A stretch of DNA of 64,000 bases. Source: Micropepsaceae bacterium. GTDB taxonomy: Bacteria > Pseudomonadota > Alphaproteobacteria > Micropepsales > Micropepsaceae. The position numbers and the translations under genes are program-made. The notes under the pieces are model-generated. The model worked only from the letters and a program-made list of their open reading frames with translations, was not told the origin of the DNA and searched no databases. This document shows, piece by piece, positions 1 to 8,136 of this stretch. Position 1 is the stretch's first letter; every line of letters starts with the position of its first letter. The stretch lies in the NCBI GenBank assembly GCA_046153995.1, contig JBJXEH010000065.1, forward strand, positions 1,891-65,890. The letters run 5' to 3'.

Positions 1-19
1 CGCGTGGCCGATGAAGCGG

Positions 20-1300
20 CTATTGCTTGAGGTTCAAGCTCTCTAGGCCGTCGACCTTCAAGTTCGTGCCGTCGTGCCTCAGCTTGCCGACTGCGGTGCG
101 GCCGATGCGCTTTCGTTCCATGCTCCAGTTTCTAAGAGCGATCGTCAGTTGGAGCGAGAAATCCAACGCGCGAACTTTGCTCAGTGCATCGGGATCGCCA
201 CAGCCGCTGCCTTGACCCGGCGGAAAGCCGAACGTGTAGCGGGCGTCGAGGTTCCTGAACCAGCATTTAGCGTCCGCCCAGTTTGCGGGTGCGGTCATCC
301 GAGCGACCGTTGGCCATTGCGCAGCCATATGGCAGGACGAGCAGGCGGAGGCGCGGTCGTCGGCGATGCCGTTCATCCGCCCGCCGCGCCCGAAGCCTTG
401 GCCGGCAGGAAAGATGATGCTCTGGCGGGGCTTCGCACCCGCTGCCGCATTCGCGTCGCTCAGCTGCGGATCGTTGCCCCACATGAGGCCCAGCGGCACA
501 AGCTTCGTCCACGGGTCGGTGCCGGGCAGGGAGCCGTCATAGCGGAAGCTGCCAAAGACCCAGCCGGTCTTGTAACTCGCGCGGTTCTCGCGCACGGCAA
601 GATCGACCTGAATCAGGCGCAGCGTCTTCGGCGCGCGTTGCGCGGGTTTGCCGTTTGCATCGGCGGCAGTCGCGCAAGCCTCGTCGCCGGGTTGCAGATC
701 AACGTGGACGTTGGCGGCGAGTTCCGGCGCCCCGGCGAGTTTCGGGTCGTCGTCGGCTGTCGCTTCGGTGAACACGAGTTTTACCGCCACCGTTCCTTCG
801 GGAAAAGGAAGTGCGTCCAGGTTCGGGTCGCGCGCACCGCGTCCCCACATCTTGCCCAGCACAACGCCGCCCACGTCGTTGTAGAACGCGAGGCCCCAGT
901 TTTGACGGCAAGAAGTTTGTGTTGAGCTCATCTCACCCGGCGCGAAGTCGCGTGCGCGGGTCAGGCCGTGGATGAATTCCCTGCCCGTCGAGCCCGGCCC
1001 CAGCCAAGGGACATGATACCAGCGGCGCGTCTTGTTATGGGCCAAACGCCAATCCACGCGATCCTGGCCCTCCAGCGCGTAGTTCAAAAGCAAGCGCAGA
1101 TATCGTTCGGGTTCTTTGCGAAAGCTGATCGTGTCCCAGGGATGGGGTTCCGCGCGCACCGTTTTCGGGAAAGCGTAGCTGGGTTCGAATACCGGCCCGC
1201 GCCAGCCAGGTGGTGTGGTTTCAATACGATCGAGTGGTCCCGCCGCAGCGGAGCCAAGGCAGGCCAGCAAGAGCAAAGCGGCGAACGGGATCAGGCGCAT
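20..1300 (-). CDS. Secreted hypothetical protein with a single CXXCH (heme-c type) motif
   Basis: 426-aa ORF. N-terminal signal peptide MRLIPFAALLLLACLGSAAAGP. One CSSCH motif near the C-terminus (ASACSSCHMAAQWP). The antisense ORF 74..925 is Arg/Ala-rich, typical of a GC-rich shadow frame. Confidence 0.6.
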   Translation of the reverse strand: MRLIPFAALLLLACLGSAAAGPLDRIETTPPGWRGPVFEPSYAFPKTVRAEPHPWDTISFRKEPERYLRLLLNYALEGQDRVDWRLAHNKTRRWYHVPWLGPGSTGREFIHGLTRARDFAPGEMSSTQTSCRQNWGLAFYNDVGGVVLGKMWGRGARDPNLDALPFPEGTVAVKLVFTEATADDDPKLAGAPELAANVHVDLQPGDEACATAADANGKPAQRAPKTLRLIQVDLAVRENRASYKTGWVFGSFRYDGSLPGTDPWTKLVPLGLMWGNDPQLSDANAAAGAKPRQSIIFPAGQGFGRGGRMNGIADDRASACSSCHMAAQWPTVARMTAPANWADAKCWFRNLDARYTFGFPPGQGSGCGDPDALSKVRALDFSLQLTIALRNWSMERKRIGRTAVGKLRHDGTNLKVDGLESLNLKQ

Positions 1301-1351
1301 GTCCGCGCAGAGTGTTCCACGCGGCCGCGCTGATGGGCAAGTTTGGGGCTT

Positions 1352-1576
1352 TTAGAGCGGAACGGCGTTCAGCGCGGCGCCGCGCAGCCGCTCAAAGCTG
1401 CACTCGCCGTGCTTGGCCATATCCACCAGGTGCTTTGCCACCTTGATACGTTCGCACTCCGGCAAGGCGCCGCGGCGGGTTTCGATCTCTTTCACGGCGT
1501 CGTCGAACGCCTCGCGGATCGTGCGCACGATGGCCGGTTGCAACGTGTTGAAAGCGGTGATCGCAGAGTCGGACAT
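1352..1576 (-). CDS. Small hypothetical protein (74 aa)
   Basis: Balanced, charged composition. ATG preceded by GGGAGA 5 nt upstream (reverse complement of 1577-1590). No recognisable family. Confidence 0.5.
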   Translation of the reverse strand: MSDSAITAFNTLQPAIVRTIREAFDDAVKEIETRRGALPECERIKVAKHLVDMAKHGECSFERLRGAALNAVPL

Positions 1577-1852
1577 TCACATCTCCCATGTGTGCCAGCA
1601 GATCTGTTCGTCTGCTTTTGCTTCGCGAATCTTCGAAGCACGGCACTGATTTGCAGCAATCTACACCACATTGATTGTGGCCTCGTTCACAAATGATCGC
1701 GGACGAGGTGGATGTGACAAGCGCACATGCAGCATGGTTTCTTCGCCGGATCGCTTGGAAATGCAGGCTCGGTTTTGCCGCAAGCGCGAACGCCGCGGTG
1801 CTCTTTTCCAGCGCATCCGCCAATGCTACATCTCGCGTCCGCAGCATGAGCG

Positions 1853-1940
1853 GGATGGGTGGTCGAGTGGTTTAAGGCACCGGTCTTGAAAACCGGCGAG
1901 GGGCGACCCTCCGTGAGTTCGAATCTCACCCCATCCGCCA
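1853..1940 (+). tRNA. tRNA-Ser (anticodon UGA), encoded CCA end
   Basis: Acceptor stem GGATGGG/CCCATCC. Anticodon stem CCGGT/ACCGG with loop CTTGAAA (anticodon TGA). Long variable arm GGGGCGACCCTCC. T-arm GTGAG-TTCGAAT-CTCAC. Discriminator G plus CCA. Nearly collinear with classical bacterial tRNA-Ser(UGA). Confidence 0.95.
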
Positions 1941-2147
1941 GCCTTCGCTCGCGAAGCAGAGCGAAGGCTGCCACGCCGAAGCCCCCTTCGGGCGTAGGCG
2001 GGCTTCACGCGAGCTACGGCTCGGCAAGCCAGCCATGCAGCCTTGGCGTAGGGGGACTGCGCGGCTTCGGGTGACTGACGCCAGCCAGTGCTTCGTGCGA
2101 AGGCTGAAACAGCGAGGGCGAAGGCAGACTTCACGCCAGCTACGGCT
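1941..2147. repeat. Hairpin plus diverged direct repeat immediately 3' of tRNA-Ser
   Basis: Stem GCCTTCGCT (1941-1949) pairs with AGCGAAGGC (1960-1968). CTTCACGCGAGCTACGGCT (2003-2021) recurs as CTTCACGCCAGCTACGGCT (2129-2147), 18/19 identical. GCGAAGGC-type motifs precede both copies. Confidence 0.6.
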
Positions 2148-3311
2148 TATCTATGCTTACCTCTTACCCGACCGGGTCCACGCAGCTTGAGCTCTCGTAC
2201 GCCTCAAATCGATCCGCTCCAACTCTCAGCGCTCATCGGCGACATCTACGAGTGTGCGTTGGAGCCGTCGCGCTGGAACGATACGCTTACGCGCTTTGTT
2301 TCGCTGTTCAGCCCGCCGGACTGGGATGTGGCCGCGCTGATGTGGGAGGGGATGAACCGCCCGGCCGTGCGTTGGGTCGGCACAACCGGCCTCGTCGCGC
2401 ACGCGATCCAAGCCTACGAGACGGTCTTTGCCGGCACGAACGTGTGGAGTGCGCGGGCTGCCGGCTTACCGATGGGGCACGTTATCGACACCGACGAACT
2501 GCTCACCCGTGCGGAGTTCCTCAAGAGCGATCTCTACCAAAAATTCTTGAAGACCTGGCGCATGGAGATGGCGCTGTTCGTGATCTTCGACCGAGCCGAC
2601 GACGAGCAATTGGCGCTCGCGATGCCGGGGCCGCCGGACCGCGAGGTTGACTGCTTGAAGCGCGGCCTGAGGCTCATCGCGCCGCATGTCCAGCGCACGA
2701 TGCGTATCAGCCACGGCCTTGCGGAAGCACATCTGCGCGCCGCAGGGGCCGAGGCCGCGCTTAACCTAGGCCACGTCGCCGTTCTCGCCCTGGACGCAAG
2801 CCTTCGCGTCGTCAGCCACAACGCTAAGGCGGATCAACTTGCGGGTCGCGGTCTCTACGCGATGCACGACGGCCGCGCGCTCTTCGCCAGCATGGACGTG
2901 CAAAAGCGGCTGTCGGCGCTCGCCGCGCAAGACACGCCGGCCAGCGATGCCTTCAACATCGACAGCGCCGGCGGAGAGCGCTATGCCGCGCTCGCCATGA
3001 ACGTCCGTCCGCGACGCGAGCAAGTTCTGGGCGATTGGATCGAAGGCGCAAGAATCATCCTCTCGATATCGATGCCCCATCCGGCACCGCTGATCGAGGT
3101 CGACCGGCTTCGCGCCTGGTTCGACCTGACCCCGTCCGAAGCCCGGCTCGCCGCGGCACTCGGAGCCGGCAAGACCTTGGCCACCTATGCGTCCGAACGC
3201 GGCGTTAGTGTCGAAGCTGCGCGCTTCCTCCTGAAGGGCGCCTTCCGAAAGACCGGCGCCGAAAGCCAAGCCCAACTTGTGACGCTGATCAAACAGGTCC
3301 CACAAAGCTGA
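2088..3311 (+). CDS. LuxR/GerE-family transcriptional regulator (C-terminal HTH, N-terminal sensor-like region)
   Basis: C-terminus LTPSEARLAAALGAGKTLATYASERGVSVEAARFLLKGAFRKTGAESQAQL is a GerE-type HTH. The ORF-track start is a GTG inside the tRNA-adjacent repeat, so the true start is probably internal, for example the in-frame TTG at 2187 just before LSALIGDIYECALEPSRW. Confidence 0.75.
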   Translation: MLRAKAETARAKADFTPATAYLCLPLTRPGPRSLSSRTPQIDPLQLSALIGDIYECALEPSRWNDTLTRFVSLFSPPDWDVAALMWEGMNRPAVRWVGTTGLVAHAIQAYETVFAGTNVWSARAAGLPMGHVIDTDELLTRAEFLKSDLYQKFLKTWRMEMALFVIFDRADDEQLALAMPGPPDREVDCLKRGLRLIAPHVQRTMRISHGLAEAHLRAAGAEAALNLGHVAVLALDASLRVVSHNAKADQLAGRGLYAMHDGRALFASMDVQKRLSALAAQDTPASDAFNIDSAGGERYAALAMNVRPRREQVLGDWIEGARIILSISMPHPAPLIEVDRLRAWFDLTPSEARLAAALGAGKTLATYASERGVSVEAARFLLKGAFRKTGAESQAQLVTLIKQVPQS

Positions 3312-3391
3312 CGGGCACTACCCAAACGGGGAGCGCCAAGACTTCAGGCCTAAGACACGGTCGCTTCGCTGATTTCACGGAGCGAAACTCG

Positions 3392-3850
3392 ATGTCTAGA
3401 ACGCTAGCGCATATCACTGCACTGACTGCTTTGGCACTGTCCGCTGCCGTCTGGCCCGCAGCGGCGGATACCATTCGCGTTTCGGGCGGCTGCGAAGCGT
3501 CCGACCGGATTCCCAACTCGCAGTGGACCACCTGCGCCGCGCGCGCCGATACCACCTTCACATTTAACGCGGCGGGCGTTGGCACTATGTACGCGCTGAG
3601 GATCGCCGCGCCTTCGACGCACTGCTCGGCGGTAAATTATCAGGTTTGGTCGGTCACGGATCGCAACCGTATGTTCGGCAAAACCCGGCGCTTCTTGGGC
3701 GCAGGCGAAAATGAAATTGTCAACATCGGCAACGACTTCCCACCGGGCAATCAAACGGTCGCGATCCGCGTCCTCGGTCAAATGGGCGGCTGCAACGAAG
3801 GCCGCATGGAGAGTTGGGCTGCTTTCGTCGAACTCGTCGTGATCCCATGA
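3392..3850 (+). CDS. Small secreted protein, 4 conserved Cys (paralogue 1)
   Basis: Signal peptide MSRTLAHITALTALALSAAVWPAAAD. Shares ordered motifs with the next ORF: F.F..AG, HCS.V, I.IGN, GCN.G...SWAA. Confidence 0.7.
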   Translation: MSRTLAHITALTALALSAAVWPAAADTIRVSGGCEASDRIPNSQWTTCAARADTTFTFNAAGVGTMYALRIAAPSTHCSAVNYQVWSVTDRNRMFGKTRRFLGAGENEIVNIGNDFPPGNQTVAIRVLGQMGGCNEGRMESWAAFVELVVIP

Positions 3851-3858
3851 GGGGCGTC

Positions 3859-4305
3859 ATGAGCATAAAGCTTCACGCCGCGCTCGTGGGGTTCCTTGCA
3901 GCCATCGGTGCGGCCAGCGCCGAACCCGCGCAGTCTCTGCAAGGCACCTGCGTCACGAACAACTCGTATGCCGGCACCGTCAACGAATGCCTAGGCCCGC
4001 AGGCAACGCCCGAGCTTCGCTTCACCTCGGCCGGTCCGCAGTTCAACTATTCGGTGACGATCCAAGCCTCGCCGATGCATTGCTCTAAGGTTGGCATCCA
4101 TGTCTTCACCTACGACCTCAGCCGCACGCTCGGCGGCACCGGCCTCTTGTCGCCGGGGCGGTCCCAGACGATCAGCATCGGCAACGGCTACGCAGCCGGC
4201 CTCCAGATCGCCAAAGTGAAGGCCTTCGGCTGGATCAGCGATACAGGTTGCAACCGCGGCTTCCTGCAGAGCTGGGCGGCGACTGCCACCGTGGTCCAGC
4301 AATAG
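3859..4305 (+). CDS. Small secreted protein, 4 conserved Cys (paralogue 2)
   Basis: Signal peptide MSIKLHAALVGFLAAIGAASAEP. GAGGGG lies 4 nt upstream of the ATG at 3859. An alternative ATG at 3847 overlaps the upstream stop (ATGA). Paralogous to 3392..3850. Confidence 0.7.
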   Translation: MSIKLHAALVGFLAAIGAASAEPAQSLQGTCVTNNSYAGTVNECLGPQATPELRFTSAGPQFNYSVTIQASPMHCSKVGIHVFTYDLSRTLGGTGLLSPGRSQTISIGNGYAAGLQIAKVKAFGWISDTGCNRGFLQSWAATATVVQQ

Positions 4306-4564
4306 CCAACGACGGCCCCTGCGACAGGTTGTGCGCGGCGATGTGCCGGCTTAACCCGACCGGCTGGTTTGCCTATTATCACCGCTGATGTTCAGTTCAG
4401 AAAGAAATCCGGTGACGCGCTTCGCGCCGCTCGTTTTGCCTTCGGCGGGCGGCATGGACCCGGCGCAAGTGAGAGAACTGAGAGACATAAACTGTGTCTC
4501 ACTTCTCTCACTTCAGATGGGCGAAACGGCGGTTTGCAGCGAAGGAGCAGCGTCAACTGAGAGA

Positions 4565-5335
4565 CTACTCGCTGCGATAGGCCGTCCACGTCAATGTGAT
4601 GCCGCCGCCGGCGTTGGGGCTGCCGTTCGAAAGGCCGGCGAGCGCGTAGACGTTTACGCGCAGGTCGGGCGTTACATAGTGCTTCACATAGGCGCTGACG
4701 TCGGCGGGGTCTGCGGACCCTTCGAATGCCGCTTCGCGCCAAGCGAAAGAAGCGCCGATCTCGGTTTCTTTGGTGAGGTCGGTCGAGATGCCTGCACCGG
4801 CGAGCCAGCCGTCTTCGCGGGGGCTTGCGACCGAGCTTCCGAGGAAGCGGCGGCCGGCTTCGACGTAGACGTTGAAGCCTTCGAAGCCCTTGTCGAGGTT
4901 GGCGACGAGCGAATAGTCGATTTCACCGCTGCCCAAGCCGCGGTCGTCGTCGCCGGTCGGCAGGCGGACGCGGCCGATGAGGTCGAGATACATTTTCTCC
5001 GGCTTCCACGAAAACGTGTAGGTCGTGGAGAGGGAAACGTCACCGATGCCGTTGACCATGCGGTCGACGCCGCCGCCCTCGACTTCGCCGTCGTCGGTGA
5101 CGGTCGCAGGGCCGTCAATTTGCAGGAAGGGCACGGTGACTTTGAACGCCCACGGCGCGATCGAGTAGCGGGCGGAGACGAACTCGTACCAAACGGCGGT
5201 GTCCTGCGGCTCACCGTAGTCGCCGGTCGAGTACTCTGCGCCCGCGGCCAAATTGAGCCGGTCGGCTTCGGCGGCCGCCGTTGCGCTAACCAAACCAATT
5301 GCGGCCGCAAGCAGCCGGATACGCCTGTCGTACAT
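4565..5335 (-). CDS. Outer-membrane beta-barrel protein (resembles the MetA-pathway/phenol-degradation-like transporter family)
   Basis: Signal peptide MYDRRIRLLAAAIGLVSATAAAEA. Alternating aromatic/Gly-rich strands (YSTGDYG, VTVPFLQIDGP, YTFSWKP, GITLTWTAY). Family assignment is by resemblance only. Confidence 0.6.
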   Translation of the reverse strand: MYDRRIRLLAAAIGLVSATAAAEADRLNLAAGAEYSTGDYGEPQDTAVWYEFVSARYSIAPWAFKVTVPFLQIDGPATVTDDGEVEGGGVDRMVNGIGDVSLSTTYTFSWKPEKMYLDLIGRVRLPTGDDDRGLGSGEIDYSLVANLDKGFEGFNVYVEAGRRFLGSSVASPREDGWLAGAGISTDLTKETEIGASFAWREAAFEGSADPADVSAYVKHYVTPDLRVNVYALAGLSNGSPNAGGGITLTWTAYRSE

Positions 5336-5487
5336 AAAGTCCCCCGTCCATGAAGCCCCGCGCAGCTACGACGAATCATGCTCCGCTCTTCATATTCAGG
5401 ACGCGGCAGCCCCAAACTTGTGTCAAGGTAAGCGGTCGTTGGCGAGATGCGGGCACCTTGGCGAACGCGATGCGAAAGTGAGAGTCG

Positions 5488-6120
5488 ATGCGTAAGAACG
5501 TCGTGCAGAGCATTGTTTTCGCAGCATTATTTTCCGGCAGCGTTTGGACTGTTGCTGCGGCGCCTACGGAGCGTGAGTCGATTCCGGGGCCGGTTGTGGC
5601 GGACGACCTTACAAAACTAGGACGGGGCATCGGCGATGCCGCCCTGACGGATGAGGCGGGGACCGCCGTGCGGTGGCAGGAGCTTCACGGACGGCCGCGT
5701 GCGGTGTTCTTCGGCTTCACGCATTGCCCTGTGATCTGTCCGGTAACCGTGTGGGAGTTGGACGCGGCGCTCAAGAACATCGGCAAGCGCGCAAACGGCG
5801 TACAAGTCGTGTTTGTGACGCTTGATCCCGAACGCGACACACCTGCCGTCATGAAGTCCTACTTTTCCAGCTTTGGTTCGCGCGTCCGGGCGTTGACGGG
5901 ACCGACGGCAGAGATTGAGCGTATCGCAAAGGCGTTTGCAGTCGTTCGCGAACGTGTGGCGTTGAAGGGCGACGACTACACCCTCGATCACACCGCAGCG
6001 GTTTTTCTGCTCGATGCTAACGGGACTGTTGTCGACACGCTCGCTTACGGAACGCCGCAGGACGTTATCGTCAAGCGATTGGAAAACCTAATCGGCCGCC
6101 CGCCGGTAAGGAAGAATTAA
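5488..6120 (+). CDS. SCO1/SenC-family copper chaperone (thioredoxin fold)
   Basis: Membrane anchor or signal at the N-terminus. Signature FGFTHCPVICP (CxxxCP), LDPERDTP and DHTAAVFLLD. Confidence 0.85.
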   Translation: MRKNVVQSIVFAALFSGSVWTVAAAPTERESIPGPVVADDLTKLGRGIGDAALTDEAGTAVRWQELHGRPRAVFFGFTHCPVICPVTVWELDAALKNIGKRANGVQVVFVTLDPERDTPAVMKSYFSSFGSRVRALTGPTAEIERIAKAFAVVRERVALKGDDYTLDHTAAVFLLDANGTVVDTLAYGTPQDVIVKRLENLIGRPPVRKN

Positions 6121-6164
6121 CGGCGGAAGCCGACAACTCGTCCGAGGTCTGTGGATGGAGTGCC

Positions 6165-7382
6165 GTGCCCAATTTTGCGTATGAGGCCGCAGGCCCCGAC
6201 GGCGCAATCGGGCGCGGCGTGATCGAGGCGCCGAACCGCTCTGCGGCGGTAGAGCGAATCCTCGCGTTGGGCCGGACGCCAGTCAGCATCGTGGAGCGCG
6301 CGTCTGGCACTGCTGCCGCGTTCGCGACGACGCGACTGTTGCCCGAGTTTGGTGCCGCGAACGACCGGCTCTCGCTGCTTCGGGAGCTGGGAACGCTGTT
6401 GCAGGCGGGCTTGACCGTCGAGCGGGCGCTGACCGCGACGCTAGCATTGACGGCGCGAGTGCGCGGGAAAAGTGCTGCGCAGGCGATGCTTGAAGGCGTG
6501 CGTTCCGGCGAGCCGCTATCGGCCGCCATGCAGCGTGCGGGGTCGCTTTTTCCCGAGCCGATGCGGCGGCTGGTGGCGGCAGGCGAGGCGAGCGGGCGCT
6601 TGCCGGACGTCATGGTGCGTTTAGCGGCGGCGGAAACCCGGAACAAGGAACTCACTGATCGTGCAGTGTCTGCCATGATCTACCCGGCGCTGCTGGTGGT
6701 CGTCATGATCATCGTTCTTGCGATCATCTTCACAACGGTCGTACCCCGTTTGGCGCCACTCTTCGAGCAAAGCGGGGACGCGTTGCCGTGGCCGGCCGCA
6801 ATCTTGGTCGGCGTGTCTCAATTCTTCAACGCACACGGCACGCTGGTCACGATCGGTTCGGTCGTGATGCTCGGTGGCCTTCTCTATATGCTTCAGCAAC
6901 CGGCGGCGCAGGTGGCGCTTGCACGCTGGTCGTTTCGCTCACGGCTGCTGCTCGACATTCCGCGGCGGATGTACGCGGCGCAGTTCGGACGGAACGTGGC
7001 GATGTTGCTTGCCGGCGGGATGCCGTTGAACCGTGCGCTAGAGACGGCTCAAGCTGCGGTCGGAAACGTGCACTTGAGGCAACGCCTGTCGGGTGCAATC
7101 GAGCTTGTGCGGCAGGGCAGGTCATTGAAGAGCGCATTGGAGGCAAGCGATGCGCTGCCGCGCGCCATCATCGAGTTCGCGGCGGTCGGCGAAGAAACGG
7201 GGCGCCTGGGGCCGATGCTGAACGAGGCCGCGGACATCCTGGACCGGGACGTGCAGACAAAGCTCGACCGGCTATCGGCATTGCTGCTGCCTGCTGTCAC
7301 GATCGTCCTAGGCCTAGTGGTTGCAGCGATCATGAGCGGGGTCGTAAGCGGCATTCTGGCAGCCAACGAGCTGGCGTTATGA
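6165..7382 (+). CDS. gspF: Type II secretion system inner-membrane platform protein GspF
   Basis: 405 aa, GTG start with GGATGGAG upstream. Duplicated GspF-type domains with three TM segments. Typical N-terminus FAYEAAGPDGAIGRGVIEA. Confidence 0.85.
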   Translation: MPNFAYEAAGPDGAIGRGVIEAPNRSAAVERILALGRTPVSIVERASGTAAAFATTRLLPEFGAANDRLSLLRELGTLLQAGLTVERALTATLALTARVRGKSAAQAMLEGVRSGEPLSAAMQRAGSLFPEPMRRLVAAGEASGRLPDVMVRLAAAETRNKELTDRAVSAMIYPALLVVVMIIVLAIIFTTVVPRLAPLFEQSGDALPWPAAILVGVSQFFNAHGTLVTIGSVVMLGGLLYMLQQPAAQVALARWSFRSRLLLDIPRRMYAAQFGRNVAMLLAGGMPLNRALETAQAAVGNVHLRQRLSGAIELVRQGRSLKSALEASDALPRAIIEFAAVGEETGRLGPMLNEAADILDRDVQTKLDRLSALLLPAVTIVLGLVVAAIMSGVVSGILAANELAL

Positions 7383-7780
7383 GGCACGGCTATTCCCTTC
7401 TGGAGTTGATTGTGGTCTTCGGCATCGTGGCGCTGCTAATCGTCGTTGCGACGCCCACGGTGCAGGCCTCGGTCGAACGGATCACTTTGCGCGCCGACGC
7501 GCGCACGGTTCTGACGGCGCTGCGGCGCCTGCGCGGCGAGGCGCTGGACCGGCAGGCAGACATGGTGCTTAGCGTTGCTGGCAATACAGCGAACGAGATC
7601 GTTGCTACGAGCGGGGATACAATTTCATTGACGCCGGGAACTGTGGCGCAAGTTCGCGATGTTGTGATCGCTTGGGACGGGACCATCACAGGAACGCTTA
7701 CGCTCATGCGCGGCGACGCGCAGATCAGCATCGCGGCCGAGCCGCTGACCGGACGGCCTACCGCGGAGGCTCGGCAATGA
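7379..7780 (+). CDS. gspH: T2SS minor pseudopilin GspH-like
   Basis: Prepilin leader MRHG/YSLLELIVVFGIVALL with Glu at +5. ATG overlaps the gspF stop (ATGA). The upstream part of ORF 6788..7780 is a shadow of gspF. Confidence 0.75.
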   Translation: MRHGYSLLELIVVFGIVALLIVVATPTVQASVERITLRADARTVLTALRRLRGEALDRQADMVLSVAGNTANEIVATSGDTISLTPGTVAQVRDVVIAWDGTITGTLTLMRGDAQISIAAEPLTGRPTAEARQ

Positions 7781-8136
7781 CTGGGCAACGCGGCTTCACG
7801 ATCATTGAAAGTCTGGTGGCGCTTGCCGTCCTCGCCATCACGGTGGTCGCACTCTACGAAGCGATAGGCACCGGATTCCGGACGTTCGACCGTGCTGCCG
7901 AAGTCGAAGAGGCCGTGCTGATTGCGCAGTCGGAACTCGACCGTATCGTCGCGCTGCGGCGGCTGCCGGACGTGTTGCAAGGGACGGTCGAAGATACATC
8001 GTTCCGTTGGCGTTTGGATGTCGCTTCCGGCGCGAAGGCGCAACAACTGGTGTCGTTGAAATTGACAGTAACCTGGCCCGGCCGTTCCGGTGGCGTCACG
8101 ATCGAGCGGCTGCTGTTGCTGGAGGCGGCGCCGTGA
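7777..8136 (+). CDS. gspI: T2SS minor pseudopilin GspI-like
   Basis: Leader MTGQRG/FTIIESLVALAVL. ATGA overlap with the upstream stop. About 120 aa, as expected for GspI. Confidence 0.75.
   Translation: MTGQRGFTIIESLVALAVLAITVVALYEAIGTGFRTFDRAAEVEEAVLIAQSELDRIVALRRLPDVLQGTVEDTSFRWRLDVASGAKAQQLVSLKLTVTWPGRSGGVTIERLLLLEAAP

Noticed and set aside
74-925. 283-aa + strand ORF opposite the secreted CXXCH protein gene
   Set aside because: Arg/Ala/Gly-rich composition typical of an antisense shadow frame in GC-rich DNA. The - strand ORF has a signal peptide and normal composition.
4388-5353. 321-aa + strand ORF covering the OM barrel gene
   Set aside because: Antisense shadow ORF. The - strand product has a signal peptide and beta-barrel strand pattern, while the + strand product is low-complexity Ala/Gly/Val/Arg.
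6788-7378. N-terminal 197 codons of ORF 6788..7780
   Set aside because: Out-of-frame overlap with gspF and Arg-rich. The prepilin leader MRHG/YSLLEL begins at ATG 7379, coupled to the gspF stop, so only 7379..7780 is called.
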